A stretch of DNA of 64,000 nucleotides from an uncultured Nitrososphaerota archaeon (GTDB taxonomy: Archaea; Thermoproteota; Nitrososphaeria; Nitrososphaerales; Gagatemarchaeaceae). The stretch is from assembly GCA_963718895.1 (NCBI GenBank), contig CAVRAG010000007.1, forward strand, positions 736,001-800,000. Direction: 5' to 3'. Made by a program: the position numbers and the translations under genes. The notes below the pieces were generated by a model. It was not told where the DNA came from. It saw only the letters and a program-made list of their open reading frames with translations, and ran no database searches. Positions 55,098-64,000 of the stretch are shown piece after piece (position 1 is the stretch's first letter; each line of letters opens with the position of its first letter).

Positions 55098-56071
55098 TCA
55101 GGTGCCGGTGTCTCCGCCGTAGAGTCTCTTGAAGACACGGGAAATCGCGAAGGAGACCCAGAGCAGGGAGTCCTTGTCCCTCCCCCTGACGATCCTGAGC
55201 GCCCAGAGCCCGTCGGCCCCCTCGCGCGCCTTCAGCCAGTGCAGCGACTCCTGCAACTCGGGCTCGCCCCGGTCCGTTCCCATATCGAGAGCGTGTCCAG
55301 GGCCGAGACCAAATCGGTGAACCAAAAGGGAAAGGAGAACTCGGTCCAGTAGGAAGGGTCTCCCCTGTCCGGATATGCGTCCCTCGCGAGAAGCCTGGAG
55401 GAGAGGCTCCGCGCCGCCCGTCGAGCGACCTGCGACCTCCTGTATCTGGGGTGCGACGCGAACGCCCTCAGACCATCCGGTAATCAGGTGGAGGACGGCT
55501 TGGCACGATCGGGTTCGACCAACCCTTCCCTCATCGAGATCACGTCGAGCTTCAGGCCTCTCGTCCGCAGCGGGAGGGCCCAACCCCCATCGTCCTGCCG
55601 CATTGAGGCGAGCCACTCGAAGCCCTTCCCTATCCTGTCGTCTTTCTGGTATCCCGCCTTAATCATCAGCTCCATCATGGCCGCGGTGTAGTACGGCGCG
55701 TACTGCTGCCCCAGGATGCCCCTGATGTCGCCGTCTCCTGTCTGGTGGGAGAGCAGGAACTCGCACGCCCGCTGTATCGGAGGCTTTCTCGGGTGAACCC
55801 GTACTTCTCGATGAGCTCGCCCAGGTTGCGGAAGGTCTCTATCTGGTCATAGTTCTCCTGGGTTCGGATCCCGGATTGCCGCCCCGGTAGCTCCACCCCC
55901 CGTCGGGCCTCTGCCTTCTGAGCAGCGCCAGGGCCGGAGGTCGGTCCCACAGCGAGCGCAGGTCCTGTTCCTCATCGAGCGGTTGCTTCCTGGCGTTGAG
56001 GGCGACCGCCGGGTTGTGCGAGGAGACCAAGGGAGCCAGGGGGTCGTAGTTGAGCGCAGTCGTCCACTCAC
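55098..56071 (-). CDS. Prenyltransferase/squalene-cyclase-like alpha-barrel repeat protein (frameshifted)
   Basis: QRPDGGW, RQDDGGW and DGLW repeats. Confidence 0.6.
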
Positions 56072-56272
56072 GCCCCAATCGATTCCTGCCCCCGCGGGCG
56101 TGACCCTGAGCAGGATAAAGGATTGATTGACCGCTCGAGTGCTGGGCTGAAAAGAGAGAGGAGGTCCGGCGCGGTGTCAGAGCGCGGTCTCTTGGCGAAC
56201 CGGGCGGTCGAACCGGCCGCGCTGCCGGTTTTTGAAAGAGCGGGGGAGCGAAGTAGGAAATGGTACCTCTCC

Positions 56273-56644
56273 TCAGACGAATGTGACGCCCTTCAGGCAT
56301 TTGAGGTCTTTGTCGCTCGTATAGAGTTCTGCGTCGTGATGCTGGGCGGTCGCGTAAATCAGGGAGTCGGCCATGTGAAGGCCGTGCTCAAGGCTGTGGT
56401 CAGCGGCTTCGAGGGACAGCGTCTGGTCGATGTCGACGATCTTGGTCTGGCTCAGTGCGGCGACCGCTTCAAGGGCCGTCTCCTCGTCCTTGGCTTTTTT
56501 CACTTTCCTGTAGACCTCGTACAGGGTGACGACGGAGGTGATTATCTCCGACGGCTCCGTCCCATCGATGACCCGATTGAATTGCGGAGCCCTGGGACCG
56601 TCTGTGAAGCGCTCTATCCAGCCGTAGCTGTCCACGCTAATCAA
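56273..56644 (-). CDS. vapC: VapC PIN-domain toxin
   Basis: VDSYGWIE, YEV, ADSLIYATA, TSD. Confidence 0.9.
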   Translation of the reverse strand: MISVDSYGWIERFTDGPRAPQFNRVIDGTEPSEIITSVVTLYEVYRKVKKAKDEETALEAVAALSQTKIVDIDQTLSLEAADHSLEHGLHMADSLIYATAQHHDAELYTSDKDLKCLKGVTFV

Positions 56645-56849
56645 TTTCGGTCTGACTCGTCGCGAAGGTCGGTCGTGTCAAGCCCCTTGACCATGCCCTT
56701 CGTGTCTCATCGAGCGGACAGGTACGTACTGCAGGATTCCCGATGCTGGTGATCGCGACGATCATGTCCCCTGGTCGAATCTTCGCCTCTGCCCGCAGCC
56801 TTTCGGGAATCACGACCTGATACTTCTTGGACACTTTGACCGTCTCCAT
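56637..56849 (-). CDS. AbrB/MazE-type antitoxin (frameshift near 3' end)
   Basis: VKVSKKYQVVIP..R....I.PGD; directly upstream of vapC. Confidence 0.85.
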   Translation of the reverse strand: METVKVSKKYQVVIPERLRAEAKIRPGDMIVAITSIGNPAVRTCPLDETRRAWSRGLTRPTFATSQTEID

Positions 56850-57630
56850 CGTTAGTCGCTTCGTATTACGATATACCTATCGATAAAAAGGCTTCCTCTC
56901 CTTCTCCAGTGGTCTATGGTCCGCGCCCGGAGACGTCGACGCCTTCCGACCTCATCGAGAAGGAACAGCCAGGACCCGCTTTTCGATTCCTGTCGGGTCC
57001 GCTCAGAGGCTGGGGAGAGGCTCCCAGGGCGGGCATCCTTCATGTTCCCAACAGAGGCTTGAAACTTGTGCCCCACCCCTCAAGGCTCAGCCCGACAGCT
57101 CGAAATGGCCTCTCCGAGAAATCAATCTGGAGACCCACCACGAAGGGGAGCATGACCCTGAGCTGAAACACGAACAGCTGATTCGCGAGCGTCATGGCGA
57201 TCAGCCTCTGTATCTCATGAATCTTTTCCCTTATCCAATCGTCGCAAAAACCGGCGAGATTCCCCAGGTGCTGCGACAGTTCGAGCATGAGTTCCTGGGT
57301 CGTATTCCTGTGGGCTGCTTGGAGGTTTAGGAGCGGAAGAAGCTTCTTGGCGATCGCTGTCAGTTTCTCACGCTCGCCTAGCACGACCTCAATGTCATAT
57401 CGTCGCCGTTCCTCTTCCGACGCTTTCGGTCTCAAGTTCTCGGTTTTCGGGAGTTGGAGGAGGAGATAAGGATGCTAACCCGCCTGAGAAGGACCCCTCT
57501 GAGGAGGAGAAGGCTCCGCCAGAGGCGGCGCTCCCGGCGGTCAGGTTAACGGCGGGACCATCTAGCGCGCGCCGCGGGAGCGGCTTGCGAAGGGGAGGAC
57601 ATCGAGAAGTGCTCCTCGATTCGTTGTGAC

Positions 57631-58428
57631 TCACCTGTTACGTTCGCTTCGCATGAACAGGTAGGTACCTAGAATCAGGAGCCCTGTCGCGAGGGCTAGG
57701 CTGATTATCAGGTCGATAGCCGGGTTGTACAAGACCACCTGACCATAGGCGGGCGTGCCTTGGTAGAAGACGCCCCGCAGCAGGTCCACAAGATAGGTGG
57801 CTGGCATCAAATGAACGAGGACGCCCAGCACGCCTGTCGAGTCCTTCACAGGGATGAGGGCTCCCGAGAGGAACATCTGGGGGAACATGACCATGATCGT
57901 TGCACGGTCTACCCCCTTGGGGCTGGAGCCGAAGATCCCGCTCAGTAGGACACCCAGGGCGCCGCCCAACAGGAACACGACCGGAACGACGAGCAGCATG
58001 CGTCCGATGCCCCCCAAACTGAGCGGTATGCCCATGGCGAATGCCACCACGAGAAGGGCGACTAGCGAGACCACGCCCGCGAAGCTGCCGCCGATTATCT
58101 TCCCGATCGGATCGAGTACCTCGACACGGGCGAGACGAAGATCTCCTGGGTGAATCCGCTCTCGCTCTTCGATGAGAGAGGTCACACCCATCATCGTGAA
58201 CTGGACGAGCAGGTTGGCGACCATCCCCAGCAGCGCGAACTGCATGTAGTCGTACCCCAGTCCGGCGCCAAGGTTCTGCCCGATCGTGCCTCCCAGTATC
58301 CCCAGGAACGCGATCGGAAAGAAGAAGCTGAATAGGAGGCTGGTCTTCCAATCTCGGACGTAGCGCAGCACGTCCCGGGCGGCGATGGTCACCGACGCGT
58401 TGAGCTCTCTCTGAATCGGCACCTTCAC
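57631..58428 (-). CDS. ABC-2 type exporter permease
   Basis: Multiple TMs; FLSGA..P..P.TY.VD..R motif. Confidence 0.85.
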   Translation of the reverse strand: MKVPIQRELNASVTIAARDVLRYVRDWKTSLLFSFFFPIAFLGILGGTIGQNLGAGLGYDYMQFALLGMVANLLVQFTMMGVTSLIEERERIHPGDLRLARVEVLDPIGKIIGGSFAGVVSLVALLVVAFAMGIPLSLGGIGRMLLVVPVVFLLGGALGVLLSGIFGSSPKGVDRATIMVMFPQMFLSGALIPVKDSTGVLGVLVHLMPATYLVDLLRGVFYQGTPAYGQVVLYNPAIDLIISLALATGLLILGTYLFMRSERNR

Positions 58429-59413
58429 GCCGCCTCCTCCTCCTCTTGCCCGTTGCTGACCAGGTCGATGTAGGCCTCCTCGAGCGTGGGCTCGTGAAGG
58501 CGCATGAACGACAGCGGGGTCTTAATCCGCGAAAGGATGTTCTGCGGCGTGCTCTCGCTGAAGCGGACCCTAAGGCGTCCGTCCTCCGTCGACTCTGGTC
58601 CAAAACCAGCGAGCTCGGCCCTCAGGGAGTCGCGATCCTCGGCATCGAGCAGCAGGTAGTTGCCGACCATCAGGTTCTTCATCGCCTCGGGTGAGCCCAG
58701 GAACAGCATCTTCCCGCGGTTGACGATGCATATCCGGTCAGCGCTCTCCGCCTCTTCGATGTAGTGGGTGGTCAGGAAGATCGTCGTCTTCTTCTCCCTG
58801 TGGACCTTCTGCAGATAGTCCCACAGGGAGGCCCGGCTGACGGCGTCGAGCCCCGTGGTCGGCTCGTCCAAGAAGAGTATCTTCGGGTCGTGCATGAGGC
58901 TGCGGATGATCTCCAGCTTCCGCTTCATTCCCCCCGAGAAGGTCTTGACCTGCTCGAAGATCTCCTCAGTGATTCCCACTACCTCCGCAAGCTCCATCAA
59001 CCTATCTCGGTAGTTCTCGGCATCAGGCCATAGGTTGGCTTGTAGCCATAGACTCCGTAAAGGCAGACATGAAACCGGACGTTCTCCTCTGCGGTCAGAT
59101 TAAGGTCGAGGCTCGGGTTCTGGAAGATGATGCCGATGCTCTGGCGGACGTCCTTGGGTTGTCTGTCCAGATCATAGCCACCGATGCTTACCGTGCCGCT
59201 CGTCATCGCCAGCGTCGTGGTCAGGATGGAAATGGTCGTGGTCTTTCCGGCACCGTTCGGCCCGAGAAGGGCGAAGAACTCGCCAGGATAGACGTCGAAA
59301 CTTAGGCCGTCCACCGCGGCGGCCTCGGAATGGCGGTAGCTCTTGACCAGGTTCTCTACATGAATCACCGTCTTATGATCTTGTTCGCCACGCTTCAACA
59401 CCGTACTTAACAT
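58425..59413 (-). CDS. ABC exporter ATP-binding subunit (DrrA-like), one frameshift
   Basis: GPNGAGKTT, FSGGMKRK, LDEPTTGLD, TTH. Confidence 0.9.
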
Positions 59414-59432
59414 AGTTAAGTGCACTTAACTA
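59405..59432. promoter_or_regulatory. Overlapping palindromes, probable TetR operator
   Basis: ACTTAAC-ATA-GTTAAGT (59405-59421) and perfect TAGTTAAGTGCACTTAACTA (59413-59432) between divergent ABC and TetR genes. Confidence 0.7.
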
Positions 59433-59487
59433 CACTAAATAAACTTATCTCCGTTTAGCGTATATACAGAGTCGACGTCTCGATACA

Positions 59488-60179
59488 GTGATGAGAGTTC
59501 GAGTAGCCAGGGCGCCGCACATTGAACCTGAAGCGGTCATCAAGGCGGCCTTGGAGGATCCTCGATGCAGAAGGCCTCGAGCACGTCACACTGCGACGGA
59601 TAGCGTCGAAGTTCGGAGTCCAAGCTCCGGCGCTGTACTGGCACTTCAAGGACAAGCAGGACATCATCGATGACATGGCACAGGCGATCCTGGTGGAGGG
59701 CGGGTTGGAGGACATTGAACGTCCGGCCGTCGCTAGGGCTTGGGCCGACTGGCTGGTCGAGACAGCCCACATCGTGCGCAAGGCCGTGCTTTCTCACAGG
59801 GACGGCGCCCGTGTCGTGTCAGGCGCCTCTCCCTTTCGCGGCGGAGATCCTGGCGAAGGCGGCGACTCTTACAATGCAGATCCTGAACGACGCCGGTTTC
59901 GACATCCTCCACGCAGCCCTTGCTACGGTGACCACCTTCGACTACGTTTGGGGGTACGTCACCGCAGAGCAGACCGGCGAAGGGCCGGAGTCTGAACCCG
60001 CGTCTCAACGAGGATCAAGGGGTCCGTCCCCCTTCGGGTCGGGCATGATGGACGCATTCATGACAGAGATCGACATCCTCAGCTCGACAGAGAAGTTCGA
60101 TTGGGGACTGCGAGTGATCGTAAGCGGCTTGGAGTCCGCGCTCGTCGACTCGACGAACGGCACGAGGACCAAGCCTTGA
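59488..60179 (+). CDS. TetR-family regulator (frameshifted)
   Basis: GLEHVTLRRIA..GV.APALYWHF.DK; TetR_C-like FDWGL..I..GL. Confidence 0.85.
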
Positions 60180-60386
60180 GTCCTCACGGGTCGCCTCCAA
60201 GGAGCAACCCGCACCCCCGGCGCTTGAAGACTCGAAGGATATCCTCTCAGATCACGGATGGTACGATTCAAGTTCAGGAAGATATTTTGGACGATTCCCG
60301 TCGCTCCGGGCACTCTTGCTTCGGTCCTCGTCGTTGAGACTTGTATGGTGACCGCTGAAACTTGAGGTAACAGCCTTGTCGTATAC

Positions 60387-61502
60387 TCAGAGGCGCGTGA
60401 AGCTCTCCACGGTCTTCACATCGAGCCTCTTTAGCAGTGCGACGACGAGCCTTACTGCAGCGTCGATGTCCGAGAGGTCGGCGACAGCGGAGTGGGAATG
60501 AATGTGCCTCGTCGGCACGCCCAGGACGATTGAAGGACACCCAGCCTCATTCACATGGAATCTGCCCGCATCGGTCCCACCCTTGACAGTTGAAAGCTGG
60601 TGAGGTATGCGTTCCTTCTCCGCAGTCTCGATCACGAACGATTTGAGGCCCTGGTTTGGTATCATCGACGTGTCGAACGTAAGGATGCTCGCACCCTCCC
60701 CCATCCTTGCTGGAGCATCCTGTGGTCTGATGCCGGGCACATCTCCTGCTATATCGACCTCCAGCGCGAACGCAACGTCGGGGCGGACCAGATTCGCGAC
60801 GGTCTGTGCCCCCCTGAGACCCACCTCCTCCTGCACCGTCCCGGCGACGAACACGGTGTTGGGGTGCTGCACCTTGCCAACCTTCAGCCGCTTGAGAACC
60901 TCCAGTCCTACGAAAGTCCCAATCCGGTCATCGAATGCCTTCCCCATCACGACGGTGCTGCGTCCCAACCTGATGAACTCGGAGAGCGGCGCGACGGGGT
61001 CGCCGATGCGTACGCCGAACCCCTTCTCAGCCTCTTCCTTACTGGTGGCGCCGATGTCGATGAACATCGAATCCAGCTTGACGACCTTGTCCCTCTCCTC
61101 GGCGCCCAATAGGTGCGGCGGTTTGGACGCGATGATCCCTGTCACGTCTCCCTTCCTCGTCCTCACTGTCACCCGGTGACCCAGCAGCACCTGGTCAAAC
61201 CATCCTCCTAGAGGGCTGAAGGTCAGGTATCCGGATTCCTTCTCTATCCCGTTTACGACAAAGCCGACCTCATCCATGTGCCCAGCCAGCAGGACTCTGG
61301 GCGAATCGCTCTTGCCCCGCTTCTTGAAAATCACGGAACCGAGCTTGTCGAAGGAGACTTCGTCGCTGTACTTCTCACCGGCTTCCTTGACGATGCATGC
61401 GGTCGCGCGCTCGAACCCGGACGGACCGAAAGATTCGGAGAGATTCTTGAGGAGGGCAACGGAATCGGCGTCGACTGCCACACGCTCGCGTGCTCGCTCC
61501 AT
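60387..61502 (-). CDS. M42 (TET-like) aminopeptidase
   Basis: GHMDEVG, KAFDDR, QEEVGLRGA, GGTD, RHIHS. Confidence 0.93.
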   Translation of the reverse strand: MERARERVAVDADSVALLKNLSESFGPSGFERATACIVKEAGEKYSDEVSFDKLGSVIFKKRGKSDSPRVLLAGHMDEVGFVVNGIEKESGYLTFSPLGGWFDQVLLGHRVTVRTRKGDVTGIIASKPPHLLGAEERDKVVKLDSMFIDIGATSKEEAEKGFGVRIGDPVAPLSEFIRLGRSTVVMGKAFDDRIGTFVGLEVLKRLKVGKVQHPNTVFVAGTVQEEVGLRGAQTVANLVRPDVAFALEVDIAGDVPGIRPQDAPARMGEGASILTFDTSMIPNQGLKSFVIETAEKERIPHQLSTVKGGTDAGRFHVNEAGCPSIVLGVPTRHIHSHSAVADLSDIDAAVRLVVALLKRLDVKTVESFTRL

Positions 61503-61667
61503 CGATATATCTGCATCGTCAGGACGAGACCGGGGCGGCGTCTTGCGCAGAGGTCGATGTTGCCGTCATGGCTAGAGTCATCGTGAGCGCTTTTGCCCGG
61601 ACCTGTGACCTACGGCCTCGGCCTGGGACAACGTTTACAGACCAAGGGACGCGAAGGTGGGGCTACG

Positions 61668-62708
61668 ATGAGGCTGATGAGAGCCGCCAGGCTGCACACC
61701 ACCGGGAGGGACTTGAGCGTAGACTCGGTGCCCGTTCCACAGTTCGGAGCCGATGATGTCCTGTTGAAGGTGGAGGCGGCGGGCATATGCCACTCGGACG
61801 TCAATTACCGAGAAGGCATCGCTCCGGTTGCCAAACTGCCCATCACCCTCGGCCACGAGTTCGCCGGGACGGTAGTCGGGAAGGGTGCGGCGGTGGTCGA
61901 CGTCGAGATTGGCGACCGCGCCTGCGTGCACTACGTGATTGGCTGCGGAAAGTGCGGATTCTGCGCATCCGGCCGGGAGACCTACTGCGATCAGTATCGG
62001 ATGATCGGGAAGGATGTCGACGGTGGCTTTGCGGAGTTCGCCTCCGTGCCCTCCCGAAACGTCTTGAAGGTCCCTCGTACCGTCCCCGTCGACGAGGCTG
62101 CGATACTCGGCTGTGCCGTCTCGACCGCCTACCATGCCCTCCGAAGAGGGAGGGCGAGGGAAGGCGAGACTGTCCTTGTCAACGGTTTGGGAGGTCTCGG
62201 GCTTCACGCGGTCCAGATCGCATCCAGGGTCTTCAGGGCGAAGCAGATCATCGCCGTGGACGTCTCGGATGCCAAGCTGCAGCTTGCAAAGAAGTTCGGG
62301 GCGGACTCGTTGGTCAACGCGAGCGAGGAAGGGGCAGCGGAGCGGATCCTCGAGCTTACCGACCGCAGGTTCGCCGACCTAGCGCTCGACTTTGTCGGTA
62401 GGAGGGGCACCGTCGAGAACCTCCTCCGCTGGATCGGCAAGGGAGGGAGGCTGGTCGTCGTCGGGATAAGCGCAGACAGCGTGACACTCTCCCCGTACAC
62501 CGGGCTCATCGGCAGGGAGGTCGAGCTCATCGGAGTCAACGACCATCTGAGGTCCGAACTCTCCGAGTTAATCCGGCTCGTCGAATCAGGGACACTGGAC
62601 CTCTCGCACTCGATAACTCACAGGGTCGGGCTCGAAGACGTCAATCAGGGGATGCGGGTGCTCCGGGAACAGACGGGAAACCCGATTCGAATAGCCGTGA
62701 CGATGTAG
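61668..62708 (+). CDS. Zn-dependent alcohol dehydrogenase (MDR)
   Basis: GICHSD, GHE, CGKCGFC..C, GLGGLG. Confidence 0.93.
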   Translation: MRLMRAARLHTTGRDLSVDSVPVPQFGADDVLLKVEAAGICHSDVNYREGIAPVAKLPITLGHEFAGTVVGKGAAVVDVEIGDRACVHYVIGCGKCGFCASGRETYCDQYRMIGKDVDGGFAEFASVPSRNVLKVPRTVPVDEAAILGCAVSTAYHALRRGRAREGETVLVNGLGGLGLHAVQIASRVFRAKQIIAVDVSDAKLQLAKKFGADSLVNASEEGAAERILELTDRRFADLALDFVGRRGTVENLLRWIGKGGRLVVVGISADSVTLSPYTGLIGREVELIGVNDHLRSELSELIRLVESGTLDLSHSITHRVGLEDVNQGMRVLREQTGNPIRIAVTM

Positions 62709-62806
62709 CGCCGCTTACCCTCGGCCACCTCTTCCTGCAAAGAGTAAACTAGAGGAGCCGGAGAGACCTCGGACTGCCAATCTTGCGCGGCCCAAAGTCC
62801 GATGGG

Positions 62807-63424
62807 ATGATAGTGGTCTTCGACGTAGAGGGTGTGCTCGTCGACGGCGAGTTCCTCCCCGAGCTCGCCGAGCTGGTAGGCAAGAAGAGGGAGGTCGAGG
62901 CGCTCACCATGAAGGGCATCAGGGGCGAGATAAGCTGGGAGAAGGGCCTCGCGAAGAGAATCGACCTGGTCAGGGGCGTGAGCTACTCGCAGTGCATGCG
63001 TGTCGCTAACTCGCTCCCGATGATGAGAGGGGCCGTGGAGGCCACGGAGGCTCTCCGGGAGATGGGGTGCCTGATGGTCGGCATCAGCGGAGGCTTCTCC
63101 CTGCTCACAAACAGGGTGAAGAGTGAGCTGGGTCTCGACCACGCTTTCTCGAACGAACTCGTGTTTCACGACCGGAAGCTCGTCGGCTACGGGCTACTTG
63201 TGAACGTTAACAAGGGTCAGATCCTACGGACCGCTTTCGGCGACAGGTTCAAGGGGATGAGGAAGATGGCGGTCGTCGACGGGGCCAACGATGTCGACCT
63301 GTTCGACCTCGTGGACGTCAGGGTCGCCTTCAACGCCCAGGAGATAGTGAGGAAGAAGGCTGACGTCCAGGTGGACGTCAAGGACCTCCGCGGGATAATC
63401 GACCTCGTGAAGGCCAGGCAGTAG
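62807..63424 (+). CDS. serB: Phosphoserine phosphatase (HAD)
   Basis: FDVEGVL, SGGF, K, DGAND motifs. Confidence 0.85.
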   Translation: MIVVFDVEGVLVDGEFLPELAELVGKKREVEALTMKGIRGEISWEKGLAKRIDLVRGVSYSQCMRVANSLPMMRGAVEATEALREMGCLMVGISGGFSLLTNRVKSELGLDHAFSNELVFHDRKLVGYGLLVNVNKGQILRTAFGDRFKGMRKMAVVDGANDVDLFDLVDVRVAFNAQEIVRKKADVQVDVKDLRGIIDLVKARQ

Positions 63425-63872
63425 TCAATCAACCTCCTTCTCTCGACCGTGCCGCCGGACCTTCAGAACCTTGGTTGATTGGAATTCGCGAGCGGAAATC
63501 GTCTATATTCGGAAGCACCCGGAAGGATTCGGGACATTCTGGACGAATACCCCAATATATTTTATAGGACACTTTCATTGGCTGGTTGGGCAACGTCTTC
63601 CACACTAGGATTTCTCGCCCTCTCTCCGGTGTGGGACTTGAGGGCTGCCTTCTGAGCTCGAGAAGCGCTCACCCTCATATTCGACTGATTTCCAACTGTT
63701 CTTTCGAGGCAGACCACTCGTCCCAAGAGAGGCGGGGAGCCGCTCTTCTTCCGGGAGAGCGCGGCTCTCCTCCAGGGGCTAGCTCTTCGAGACCGAACCG
63801 GATCTGCTGAACCACACCCGCATGAGAGTAATCAAGTCCATTTGTCAGCGTGCCCTGCTCACGCCGCGGTCC

Positions 63873-64000
63873 TCACGGTCTTATCCCAACCTTGCGGCAG
63901 AAGTCAGGAAAGCGGGGGTCCTTTCGCATCTGCGCGAAGAGCGGGTCGAACCTTATCGAGAATGGCCAGGAATGCGTCTCCGCCTGCCGCATCAGGACCC
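63873..64000 (-). CDS. C-terminal end of a TPR-containing (adenylate-cyclase-associated type) protein, partial
   Basis: ..IRFDPLFAQMRKDPRF..G.* terminal motif. Confidence 0.55.
   Translation of the reverse strand, partial: VLMRQAETHSWPFSIRFDPLFAQMRKDPRFPDFCRKVGIRP

Overview
This is an archaeal, GC-rich window. The EF-2, SerB and RHH-protein signatures point to a Nitrososphaerota-like lineage (inference). Many genes, including essential EF-2, carry single-base frameshifts, so most breaks are probably uncorrected long-read errors rather than true pseudogenes. Metabolic genes flank a large accessory region (~3.1-50 kb) containing: three copies of a FYVE-like Zn-finger/DUF1294 module (two with HerA), a VirB2/CedA-like pilin, a SipW-type signal-peptidase filament locus, TA pairs, an OLD-type nuclease, a type IIG R-M gene, a pseudokinase-FHA/PP2C/HerA/Hsp70-GrpE cluster and Ig-repeat surface proteins. 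The strongest signal is a five-copy, same-strand, non-coding element (starts at 8464, 13897, 16027, 27070, 39497). Each copy has a TATA-like box 27-29 nt upstream and stems supported by compensatory changes. One copy directly precedes a free-standing two-motif LAGLIDADG nuclease gene. Two others sit back-to-back with the Zn-finger module and bracket exchangeable defence/TA cargo. The 5' quarter of fusA also has sharply different codon usage from the rest of the gene.
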